Source of the DNA: an uncultured Chloroflexia bacterium
GTDB taxonomy: Bacteria > Chloroflexota > Limnocylindria > QHBO01
Length of the DNA stretch: 64,000 nt
Assembly: GCA_963827475.1 (NCBI GenBank)
Contig: CAWHAZ010000005.1
Span: forward strand, 288,001 to 352,000
Direction: 5' to 3'
Made by a program: the position numbers and the translations under genes. A model generated the notes under the pieces. It was not told the DNA's origin. It saw only the letters and a program-made list of their open reading frames with translations, and searched no databases. Below, one piece after another: positions 1 to 9,727 of the stretch (its first letter is position 1; every line of letters starts with the position of its first letter).

Positions 1-2242
1 ACCAGGGCACCGGCTCAGTTCGGCGGCTACTTCGTCCAGGAGGAGGATGCGGACGCCGATGCCGACGCCGCTGACCTCCGAGGGCATCTTCGTCTTCAAT
101 ACGTCGACACCCGTCGGCATCGGTGACGTCGTCCGCGTTACCGGCACAGCCGGGGAATCCTTCGGCCTGACGCAGCTCTCGAGCGTGACCTCGCCGCCGT
201 CTGCTCGACGGGCAGCTCCGTCTCGACCACGAACGTGACCCTGCCGGTTGCCGCCGTGAGTGACCTGGAGCGGTACGAAGGCATGCACGTCACCTTCACC
301 CAGGAGCTGACCGTGACCGAGGTCTTCACCCTCGGCGCGGTTCGGCGAGGTCGCACTGTCCGTCGGTGGGCGGCTCGACAACCCGACCAACGAGGTTGCT
401 CCGGGCGCGCCCGCCCAAGCGCTTCAGAACCTGAACGACCGGAGCAGGATCCTGCTCGACGATGGCATCAACCACCCAGAACATCGATCCGACCCTCTAC
501 CCGCAGGGCGGCCTCAGCGCGACCAACACGCTTCGGGTCGGCGACACCCTGCCGAGCCTGACCGGCGTCCTCGAATTCCGGTTCGGCGTGTACCGCGTCC
601 AGCCGGTGAGCTCGATCGAGTTCACGCACAGCAATCCGCGGCCGTTGGCGCCCGACCCTGTCGGCGGTGATGTGCAGGTGGCCGCCTTCAACGTCCTGAA
701 CTACTTCAACGGCAACGGCACCGGTCTCGACGGCGCGCCGGGTGGCTTCCCGACGGCTCGCGGGGCCAACAACCTCGCGGAGTTCAACCGCCAGCGGGAC
801 AAGATCATCAGCGCCATCACAGGACTCGACGCAGACGTGGTCGGCCTGATGGAGCTTGAGAACGACGACACCGATGCTGAGTTCGGCGCGATCGAGGATC
901 TCGTCGCGGGCCTGAACGATGCGACGGCGCCGGGCACATGGGCATTCATCGATACCGGGATCGTCGGCGGGGATGCCATTCGCGTCGGGCTGATCTACCA
1001 GCCCGCCAACGTCGTGCCCGTCGGATCGCACGCGATCATCAATTCCAGCGTCGATCCGCGCTTTGTCGACACCCTGAACCGGCCATCGATCCTGCAGACG
1101 TTCGCCACAGCGTCGGGGACCCGCTTCAGCGTCCTGGTCAACCACCTGAAGTCGAAGAGCGCGGCTCCGCTTCCGACCACGTGTCCCGATCCCAGTTTCG
1201 ACCCCAACTGTGACCAGGGCGACGGCCAGGGCTTCTGGAACGTGGCCCGGACGAATGCGGCCGAGGCCATCGTCGACTGGCTCGCCACCGACCCCACGGG
1301 GAGTGGCGATCCCGACTTCATCGTGATTGGCGACATGAACGCGTACGCGAAGGAGGATCCGATCACGGTCTTCCGCAACGCGGGCTACGTCGACACGATC
1401 GACGAGCACCTCGAGGGCGAGGGCTATTCGTTCGTGTTCAATGGTCAGTCGGGCTACCTCGATCACGCGCTGGCGAGCCCGTCGCTCGCCGCGCAGGTGA
1501 ACGGAGTCACCGAATGGCACATCAACGCCGACGAGCCGATCGCGCTCGACTACAACCTCGAATTCAAGTCGGCGGAGCACAGACGACCAGCTTCTACGAC
1601 CCGCGACGCGTACCGGTCGTCGGACCACGACCCGGTGCTCGTCGGGCTCGAAATGGTGAGCGACGCCCCGACGATCGCCGTCACCGCGGGGATCTCGTGC
1701 GCTGTCGGCCGGGAATGGCGGCCGCTTCGCCCTCACGGTCGGTGACACCGACAACGCTGCCGGCAGCCTCACCCTCAGCCTGCAGGGCAACACCAACACC
1801 ACGCTCGTTCCGAACAGCAGCATCGTTTTCGGCGGCTCGGGCGCGAACCGGACGGTGTCGATCGCCACGCGGCCAAGAGGACCGGCACGGCCGTGCTGAC
1901 GATCGGCGTCAGCGACGGCACGACCACCACCACGGTCACCATCACCGTCCGGATCGGGACCGGCGCGACACGAGACCCTGATGGGGACCTCGGGTGCCGA
2001 CCTGATCCTCGGCGGCCAGGGCATCGACAGCATCTCCGGGCTCGCGGGAGCCGACGTGCTCTGTGGCGGGCAGGGGAATGACACCGCTCTCCGGCGGCGG
2101 GGGCAACGACGCCCTCGGCGGCGAGAAGGGCGCTGACACCCTGTCCGGCGGCGCCGATGCCGATGCCTTCAGCGGCGGTCAGGGCGCCGATGTCAACACC
2201 GACTTCAACGCCGGCGACGGCGACACGTCCGACGGCACGTGA
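1..2242 (+). CDS. ExeM/NucH-family extracellular endonuclease (OB fold + EEP domain) with C-terminal hemolysin-type Ca-binding repeats; 5'-truncated, frameshifted
   Basis: Fragments across frames: GYFVQEE, LERYEGMHV, AAFNVLNYFN, NHLKSK, GDMNAYAKEDPI, YRSSDHDPVLVG. These are followed by GGxGxD nonapeptide repeats ending at TGA 2240-2242. Confidence 0.85.
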
Positions 2243-2281
2243 GTCTCCGCGCCGGCGATCGGCCTCGCTGACGGCCCTGGG

Positions 2282-3334
2282 TCAGAACCAGCCCCTGCGG
2301 CGCATGAACCAGGCCAGGCCGATGACGACGACCAGCATGCCGATCAGCACGGCCGGGTAGCCGTACCGGAGCTCCAGCTCGGGCATGAAGAAGAAGTTCA
2401 TGCCGTAGATGCCCGCGATGAGGGTGGGCACCATCAGCAGCACCGTGACCGCGGTCAGCCGCTTGACGATCTGGTTCAGGTTGTTGGTGGTCACCGACTC
2501 GTACGCGTCCAGCGTGGACGCGGTCAGGTCGCGGTAGAGGTCGAGCGAGTCGAGCACCCGGACGAGGTGGTCGTACAGGTCCTGGTAGTAGGGCAGCGCC
2601 TCGTCGTCGAGGATCTCGACCTCGCGGCGGAGAAGCTGGTTGGCGACGTCGCGCATCGGTCCCAGGATCCGCCGGAGCTCGAGCAGCTGGCGCTTCAGGC
2701 TGAGCACCTCGCGGAGCAGGACCGCGTTGCCGCTGCCGGCCAGGATCCGGTCCTCGAGGCTGTCGATCTCCTCCGAGATGCGGTCGAGGAGCGGGAAGTA
2801 GCCGTCCACGGTCGTGTCGAGGACGGCATACAGCAGCCAGCCGGCGGTGTGACCGATGGCCGAGGTCCGGTGCTGGAACCGTTCGCGCACGGCTTCGATC
2901 ACCGGTGACGGGCCCCAGTGGACGCTGACCAGGAAGCCGCGGCCCGCGAACAGGTGGAGCTCCCCGAGGTCGAAGGCACGCAGCGGGTCGTCCGCCGGCA
3001 TCGCCTCGTAGGCGACGACCACGTGGTGGCGCTCGTAGCGTGTCGACCTTTGGCCGTTGACGGCGCTTGCGGAGGTCCTCCACGGCAAGGGCGTGGAGCC
3101 CGAACTCCTGTTTCAGCAGCTCGAGGTCGGCGGCGGTCGGGTCGCCGATGTCGAGCCAGACCAGCGTGTTGCGTCGGCTGACGAGGCGGTCGATCCCCTC
3201 GAACGCGCTTTCGTCGAGCGTCTCGAGCTGGCCGTCGGGCATGAGGGCCAGCGCCAGCCGGGACGACTGATGGCCCGATGGCTTTGGCCTGACGACTGCT
3301 GGCCTGACGGCTGCGGGGTGGACTCGCCGGTCAC
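2282..3334 (-). CDS. corA: CorA-family Mg2+/Co2+ transporter (frameshifted)
   Basis: WLDIGDP, FGLHALAVED..QRPKVD, C-terminal IAGIYGMNF..MPEL and two TM helices, spread over more than one frame. Confidence 0.9.
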
Positions 3335-4797
3335 GCGCCAGATCGTACCGGGGCGCCACCGCGGCTGATGAGGTCCGCCGCGAGGTCCCGCGCCGCGGTG
3401 GATTCAAACGTCATCCGCAGGTCGGTGCCGTACCAGTGGGCCCACAGCGCGGGGCGGACGCCGCTCAGCGACACGACCTCGCCGCGCTCGACGCGGCCGA
3501 GGAGCCCGGTGTCGTGGGCCGCCAGCGGGATCTGGGTGCCGTCGGCGAGTTCGATGGCGGCGGTGACCCGGCGTTCGCCAAGGTCCTCCGCCGGACGGAG
3601 CATCGCCGCCTCCTCGTCGAGATTTCGCCGCTGGCCGGCGACGGTCAGGGCGTGGCCGCTGACCCGGATCGCGATGTCCTCCGCCGGCCGGAGCGGGGCC
3701 GGTTGGGCGGGGGCCAGCCCGGCAGGCCCGGTGGTCCAGCGTCGGGATCCTTCGACCGCCGGGCGGAAGTATGGATACCCGATCCGCCCGCCAAGCCACA
3801 GGAGCGCGGCAAGCAGGACCATCAGGATCGGCCCGAGCCACAGCCGGTCGCGGATCAGGTTCGGGTCGTGCGCAATCGAGGCCTGGACGAGGATCCGCCC
3901 CCAGCCGGCCAGCGCCTGGACCCCGGGCCTCGCCACGAAGTCCTCCAACGCCTGCCCATTGCGGATCTGGCGATGATCCTCGTCGAACTCGTTGATCGTC
4001 AGGTCCCCGATGTCCAACGGCTCGCTCCAGTGGACCTGCTCCCCGGCCCACTCCCCGGGGGCCACCGACGAGGGGTAGCCCAGCTGGACCAGGATCGCTC
4101 CTCCTCCGTCGCTGCCATGAGCGAGGTGGAGGAAGACGCCGGTCCCCGCCGCCAGCACCCCGCGTTCGCAAATGTCCTCGAGGACGCAGGTCGGGACGGA
4201 CTCGCCGTCGAGCTCGAGCGCCACGCGGACCAGGCTCCCCTCGGGCACGGCCGCCAGCTCGGCCACCGACTGGGCGGCGATGACCTGCTCATCCGGGTCG
4301 GGTGTGACCTCGAGGAGCACCCGCGCCGGGTCCAGGCCGCGAATATCCTCGCCCCGGCCAGCGAACAGCGCGGCAGCCGCTTCGCCGACGGGTCGCGTGA
4401 CCATGCGCCCGACCACCGTCCGCGACAGCAGGCGAGGGGGATCGGCGCCCGTGGTCACGACCGTCATGTCGGTGCCCGCCACCGTGTCTCGCACCAGCAG
4501 GCCGTAGGGCGGGGCCGCGACTCGCCCCGGGGCAGGGAAGGGGACGGTCATCGCCAGTCCCGATATCCCTACGTAGGTGGTCGTGGTCGGGACGAGCCGC
4601 TCGACCATCTCCGTCGAGGTCGCCGGAACCACCTGTCTGACCGCGCCGGCCCACAGCAGCGGGAGGATGGCCAGCACCAGGGCCACCACCGCCACGACCG
4701 GCACCACCGGGAAGGGCACGGGCCGCCCGACGGCGGCACGGACCCAGCGCTCGAGGCCGACCGGCAGGAAACCGAGGTACGCCCGCAGACGGTCGAT
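3331..4797 (-). CDS. hypothetical membrane protein; start uncertain (ATC 4797 or GTG 4719)
   Basis: 462+ aa ORF with GC-rich third positions and hydrophobic segments near the N-terminus and middle. Confidence 0.65.
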   Translation of the reverse strand: MDRLRAYLGFLPVGLERWVRAAVGRPVPFPVVPVVAVVALVLAILPLLWAGAVRQVVPATSTEMVERLVPTTTTYVGISGLAMTVPFPAPGRVAAPPYGLLVRDTVAGTDMTVVTTGADPPRLLSRTVVGRMVTRPVGEAAAALFAGRGEDIRGLDPARVLLEVTPDPDEQVIAAQSVAELAAVPEGSLVRVALELDGESVPTCVLEDICERGVLAAGTGVFLHLAHGSDGGGAILVQLGYPSSVAPGEWAGEQVHWSEPLDIGDLTINEFDEDHRQIRNGQALEDFVARPGVQALAGWGRILVQASIAHDPNLIRDRLWLGPILMVLLAALLWLGGRIGYPYFRPAVEGSRRWTTGPAGLAPAQPAPLRPAEDIAIRVSGHALTVAGQRRNLDEEAAMLRPAEDLGERRVTAAIELADGTQIPLAAHDTGLLGRVERGEVVSLSGVRPALWAHWYGTDLRMTFESTAARDLAADLISRGGAPVRSGA

Positions 4798-4803
4798 GGT
4801 CGG

Positions 4804-5226
4804 CTACTCCGCGAAGGACCAGCGCGCGCCGTCCCACCAGCCGTGGGCCAGGCCGCCGTCCTCGCCTCGGGCGAACAGGTCGATCCGGTTCGGCCCCCAC
4901 GAGCTGGCCGCGACATCGCCCGCGACCCGAATGCCGAGCGACTCCCACTCGGACCATCCGGCCGGCTCGTACCACTGATGCATGAGCGTCCCGTCGGCGG
5001 CGCGGGCGAAGACGTCGATCCGATCCGCACCCCACGAGCACACTGCCGGCGAGCCCACGAACCCCCCGCCGTGGCCGTGCCACTCGTGCCACGCCTCCCC
5101 GTCCCAGTAGATGCTCGACAGGGCGCCGTCCGGCCCGATCGCAAAGACCTGCTGCTCGTTGGGAGCCCAGCTCGTCACCGCCGGGGTCGAAGCCACGGCG
5201 CCTCCCAGGGAATGCCAGCTCGTCAT
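4804..5226 (-). CDS. small Trp-rich repeat protein, PLL/fucose-lectin-like beta-propeller blades
   Basis: Three repeats of the form W.SLGG...SxPAVxSWGxxRIDVFARGxDGxLxHxW. Confidence 0.75.
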   Translation of the reverse strand: MTSWHSLGGAVASTPAVTSWAPNEQQVFAIGPDGALSSIYWDGEAWHEWHGHGGGFVGSPAVCSWGADRIDVFARAADGTLMHQWYEPAGWSEWESLGIRVAGDVAASSWGPNRIDLFARGEDGGLAHGWWDGARWSFAE

Positions 5227-5279
5227 GGGCGATGCCTCCTCACGGCCACGGCGGGGTCAGCGGGTGCCATCCTATCCGG

Positions 5280-6657
5280 GTGGAGCGTTGGCACACGATC
5301 ATCGAGCCGTTCCGGATCAAGTCGGTCGAGCCCATCCGCCTGACGACGGTCGACGAGCGGCAAGCCGCGCTCGAGGCCGCGGGCTACAACCTGTTCAACC
5401 TCCACTCCGACGACGTCCTCATCGACTTCCTGACCGATTCGGGGACGGGCGCGATGAGCGCGGAGCAATGGGCCGGCATCCAGCGCGGCGACGAGTCGTA
5501 TGCCGGCAGCCCGTCCTGGTTCCGTTTCCTCGATGCGGTCCAGGCCCTGTTCCCGTTCCGGCACGTGATCCCCACCCACCAGGGCCGGGCGGCGGAGAAG
5601 ATCCTGTTCAGCGTCGTCGCCGGGCCGGGCAAGGTCGTCCCGAACAACACCCACTTCGACACGACCCGGGCCAACGTCGAGTTCACCGGCGCCGAGGCCC
5701 TGGACCTGCCCATCGCGGAGGGCCGCCAGCCGTCGGCCCTCCACCCGTTCAAGGGCAACATGGACGTCGACGCGCTCGAAGCCCTCATCGCCGAGCGCGG
5801 CCGCGACGCCATCCCGGTCGTGTTCATGACCGTGACCAACAACTCGGGCGGCGGCCAGCCGGTCTCGCTGGCCAACCTGCGGGCGGTCCGGGCCGTCTGT
5901 GACCGATACGAGCTGCCGCTGTTCCTCGACGCCTGCCGGTTCGCCGAGAACGCGTGGTTCATCCGGACCCGGGAGGACGGCTACGGCGGAAACGCCCATT
6001 CCGGACATCGTTCGGGAGATGGCGTCGCTGGCCGATGGGATGACGATGTCGGCCAAGAAGGACGGGCTGGCGAACATCGGCGGCTGGCTGGCGATGAACG
6101 ACGACGCGTGGGCGGAGCAGGCCCGCAACCTGCTCATCCTGACCGAGGGCTTCCCGACCTACGGCGGCCTCGCCGGCCGCGACCTCGACTCGATCGCCGC
6201 CGGCCTGGCGGAGGTCACCGACGACGACTACCTGCGCTATCGCATCCGCTCGACCCAGTACCTCGGCGAAGGCGTGACCGCCGCCGGCATCCCCTGCGTC
6301 CAGCCCATCGGCGGGCACGCTGTCTACCTCGACGCCGCCGCCCTGCTCCCGCACATCTCGGCCCTCGAGTATCCGGGCCAGGCGCTGGCCGTCGCGCTGT
6401 ACCGCGAAGGCGGGATCCGTGGCTGCGAGATCGGGACCGTGATGTTCGGCCTGCACCCCGACGGGTCGGAGTCGCCGGCGCCGATGGAGCTGGTCCGGCT
6501 GGCCATCCCGCGCCGGGTCTACACCCAGAGCCACGTCGACTACGTCATCGAGGTCGCGCGGTGGGTCGCGGAGCGCGCCGACGAGCTGCGCGGCTTCCGG
6601 ATCGTCGAGCAGCCGCGGACCCTGCGCCACTTCACCGCCCGCTTCGCGCCGATCTGA
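5280..6657 (+). CDS. tnaA: tryptophanase / beta-eliminating PLP lyase (frameshift near 5990)
   Basis: [48 protein letters not shown] (PLP lysine), [21 protein letters not shown]. Confidence 0.85.
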
Positions 6658-6698
6658 GCCCGCATGCCCACGCTTGAGCCGCTCGCTATCATCGGCCC

Positions 6699-7343
6699 AT
6701 GCGACTCCTGACCGGACGCCGCCTGACCGAGGTGGACGTCGGCTAACTGACCGATGTCGCCGCGGCCCATGCCGCGACGACGGTGGACCTGGGCACCGGT
6801 GACGGCCGATACGTGCTGGCCCATGCCGCTGCCCACCCCGACCGGCTGGTGCTGGGCATCGATGCCCAGCACGCCGCGATGGCGGATGCCTCGCGCCGCG
6901 CTGCGCGTCCGCCGGCACGCGGCGGCCTCCCGAACGCCCGGTTCGTGGTCTCCTCGCTGGAAGCGCTGCCCGGAGAGCTCGACGGGATTGCCGACCTCGT
7001 CACCGTCCACTTCCCGTGGGGCTCGCTGCGCGCCGCCGCGGCCGGGCACGAGCCGACGCTCACCGCGCGGTTGGCACGACTCGTGCGCCCCGGGGGTCGA
7101 CTCGACCTTCTCCTCGCCGATGCGGAGCGTGACGGAGGCCGGCCCGTCGACCCGGAGGCCGTGCTCGCCGCGTACGAACGGCTCGGACTGCGCCCGGTCG
7201 ACACCCGCCCCGCCTCGCTTCCCGACGCCGTCGCGGCCCACTCGTCGTGGGGCAAGCGACTGCTGAGCAACCGCGGCGGAGGCCGTTCGGCATGGGCCGT
7301 CCGGCTCGAACGGCCCTCGGCCGAGGTGGGCGGCCATGGCTAG
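6699..7343 (+). pseudogene. NpmA/KamB-like 16S rRNA m1A1408 methyltransferase with in-frame TAA at 6744-6746 (true nonsense or base-call error)
   Basis: DLGTGDG, GID, GGLPNARF, ADLVTVHFPWGSL and SSWGKRL match the family. ATG 6699 is in frame and preceded by TATCAT. Confidence 0.75.
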
Positions 7344-7352
7344 AATCGGCTC

Positions 7353-8375
7353 GTGACCATCGGTCAGCGCGTCTCGAACTGGCGCTACGCGCTCGCCACC
7401 GCCAACCCGCCGCCCGGCGTGCCGCTCGACGGCGTCACCAAGTGGCTGGTCGTGACCCGCGCCGCGGTGTTCAGCATGACCGTCACGTCGGGGCTCATCG
7501 GGGGCCTGCTGGCGGTCGGGGCGGATCCGGCGGCGGTGCACTACGGCTACCTGGCCCTGGCGATCATCGGTCTGGTCGCGGCCCATGCCGCGAACAACAT
7601 GATCAACGACTACTTCGACATGGAGGAGGGGATCGACACCGACGAGTACGTCCGGGCCCTCTACGCGCCGCACCCGGTGCTGTCGGGCTGGTTGACCAAG
7701 GCGCAGCTGCGCAACGCGATCATCTTCGTCAACGCCATCGACCTCGCCATCCTCCTGGTCCTGACCCTGGCCCGCGGCCCGCTGGTCGTGGTCTTCGCCC
7801 TGGCCGGGCTGTTCATCAGCGTCTTCTACGTCGCCCCGCCCATCAGCCTGAAGAAGCGTGGCCTGGGTGAGCCGGGTGTGTTCCTGACCTGGGGCCCGCT
7901 GATGATCGGCGGGACCTACTTCGTGGCGACCGGCACGATCCCCGGCTGGGTCTGGATCGCGTCACTGCCGTACGCGATCCTGGTCACGACGGTCCTGTTC
8001 GGGAAGCACATCGACAAGATCGTCCCCGACGCCGAGCGCGGAATCCGGACCCTGCCGGTCATCCTCGGCGAGCGGAACGCGCGGCTCGTGGCCTCCGCCC
8101 TGATGATCGCGTTCTACCCCATCGTCATCGGTTCGGCGCTGGTGGGCTGGATCGGTCCATGGGTGGCGCTGGTGGTGCTGGCCATCCCGCGCCTGGTGCA
8201 GGTCCTCGGCCAGTTCTCGCAGCCGAAGCCGGAAACACCGCCGAATGCGTACGTCGGCTGGCCGCTGTGGTTCGTGGGTGGGGCCTTCCTCCATACCCGG
8301 CGCGCCGGCGCGACCCTGATCATCGGCCTGCTGCTGAACATCATCTTCCCGGTCAGCCTGCCGTGGCTGAGCTGA
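7353..8375 (+). CDS. UbiA-family prenyltransferase (MenA-like)
   Basis: NMINDYFDMEEGIDT, GLGEPGVF, DAERGIRTLPVILG; multiple TM helices. Confidence 0.8.
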   Translation: MTIGQRVSNWRYALATANPPPGVPLDGVTKWLVVTRAAVFSMTVTSGLIGGLLAVGADPAAVHYGYLALAIIGLVAAHAANNMINDYFDMEEGIDTDEYVRALYAPHPVLSGWLTKAQLRNAIIFVNAIDLAILLVLTLARGPLVVVFALAGLFISVFYVAPPISLKKRGLGEPGVFLTWGPLMIGGTYFVATGTIPGWVWIASLPYAILVTTVLFGKHIDKIVPDAERGIRTLPVILGERNARLVASALMIAFYPIVIGSALVGWIGPWVALVVLAIPRLVQVLGQFSQPKPETPPNAYVGWPLWFVGGAFLHTRRAGATLIIGLLLNIIFPVSLPWLS

Positions 8376-8848
8376 CCGCGGCCGGGGTGGAGCCCGGAGC
8401 CGGCGACGGCGTGGTGGAGGGCATTCACCTCCACGGCGACCGGGGGGAGCCGATGCAGGTCGTCGACGGGGCGGAGGTCGTGGCCGGGCAGGGCCTCGTC
8501 GGAGACCGGATGGCCGGACTCGGCATCCCGGGCACCCACATCACGTTCATCGGTGCCGAGGGGGTCGAGGCCATGGTCGCGGAGACCGGCATTCCGCTCG
8601 AGCCGCACCAGACCCGCCGCAACGTCCTCGTGCGCGGAGTGGACGTGCCCGGACTCGTCGGCCGGCGCTTCCAGGTCGGCGACGCGGTCTGCTACGGGGT
8701 CAAGGAGTGCAATCCCTGCAACCATCTCGAGTCGCTTACCCATCCCGGCGTCCGTGAGGGGCTCTCGGGCCGCGGCGGCCTCCGGGCCGACGTCCTGACC
8801 GGCGGGCACATCCGTGTCGGCGACCGCATCACCGTCCTCCCCGACTGA
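8363..8848 (+). CDS. MOSC domain protein
   Basis: GLVGDR, TRRNVLVRG, CNPCNHL, RGGLRADVLTGGHIRVGD. Confidence 0.85.
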   Translation: MAELTAAGVEPGAGDGVVEGIHLHGDRGEPMQVVDGAEVVAGQGLVGDRMAGLGIPGTHITFIGAEGVEAMVAETGIPLEPHQTRRNVLVRGVDVPGLVGRRFQVGDAVCYGVKECNPCNHLESLTHPGVREGLSGRGGLRADVLTGGHIRVGDRITVLPD

Positions 8849-9722
8849 CCGATCGCGCCCGAGGGCGGCGGGCTCGGCCCACCGCAGCCGGACGTCGGGC
8901 CTGTTCGAGCCGGGATCCATCTCGTGGCGGGTCGACCGCGAGGCCGTCGTGCTGGCCGGCGGCACCTGCGCGCTGCTGATGCAGGTCGCGCACCCGGCGG
9001 TCGCAGCCGGGGTGGATGCCCACTCCGACTTCCGAGCCGATCCGTTCGCGCGCCTGCGCCGGACGCTGGGCGCCAGCTGGGCGATCGCGTTCGGCGACCG
9101 CGCCGCCGCGGAGCGGGCGATCCGGCGCATCAACGCCGTGCACGAGCTGGTCCAGGGCGTGGTGTCGGAGACCGGCGCCTCGTACCGCGCGCTCGACCCG
9201 GAGCTCCTGTTGTGGGTCCACGCCACCCTGGTCGACACCGCCCTGCGCATGCATCACCGCTTCGTCGCCCCGCTCTCCTCGAAGGAGATGGACGACTACC
9301 ACCTCGAGGCGGCGGAGGTCGCGGTCCGGCTCGGGGTGCCGGAGGCCATGCTGCCGCCGACCTTCGCCGGCCTCCGCGCCTGGATGGATGACCTCGTCGC
9401 GAGCGGGGAGGTGCGGGTGGGGCCCACGGCCCGCAGCCTGCTGCCGTCGATCCTCTATCCCAGTCGCTTCCCGCCTCGATTCGTGTGGGATGCGGCCCAC
9501 CTGGCCTCGGTGTCCCTCCTCGACCCGCGGATCCGGCAGCAGTACGGGCTGCCGTGGAACCGGCGCCGCGCGCGAGGCGTGGAGCGCCTCGCAGCCGTCA
9601 GCCGGCGGATCGTCCCGCTGCTGCCGCCCGGTGTGCGCCACGTCCCGGCGTCACGGAGGGCCCCGACTATCATGGCCGCGAACCGGCGCCACCAGCCCAT
9701 CGAGCGCCGGCTCCAGCCCTGA
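8814..9722 (+). CDS. MpaB/DUF2236 (latex-clearing-protein-like) oxygenase family protein; start uncertain
   Basis: ALLMQVAHPAVAAGVDAHSDF..DPFARLRRT, INAVH, YRALDPELLLWVHATL. Confidence 0.85.
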   Translation: MSATASPSSPTDRSRPRAAGSAHRSRTSGLFEPGSISWRVDREAVVLAGGTCALLMQVAHPAVAAGVDAHSDFRADPFARLRRTLGASWAIAFGDRAAAERAIRRINAVHELVQGVVSETGASYRALDPELLLWVHATLVDTALRMHHRFVAPLSSKEMDDYHLEAAEVAVRLGVPEAMLPPTFAGLRAWMDDLVASGEVRVGPTARSLLPSILYPSRFPPRFVWDAAHLASVSLLDPRIRQQYGLPWNRRRARGVERLAAVSRRIVPLLPPGVRHVPASRRAPTIMAANRRHQPIERRLQP

Positions 9723-9727
9723 GGGCC

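Noticed and set aside
6744..6746. Stop-codon recoding (Sec/Pyl) in the methyltransferase
   Set aside because: The codon is TAA, not TGA or TAG, and it aligns to a non-catalytic Glu. A point change or base-call error is more likely.
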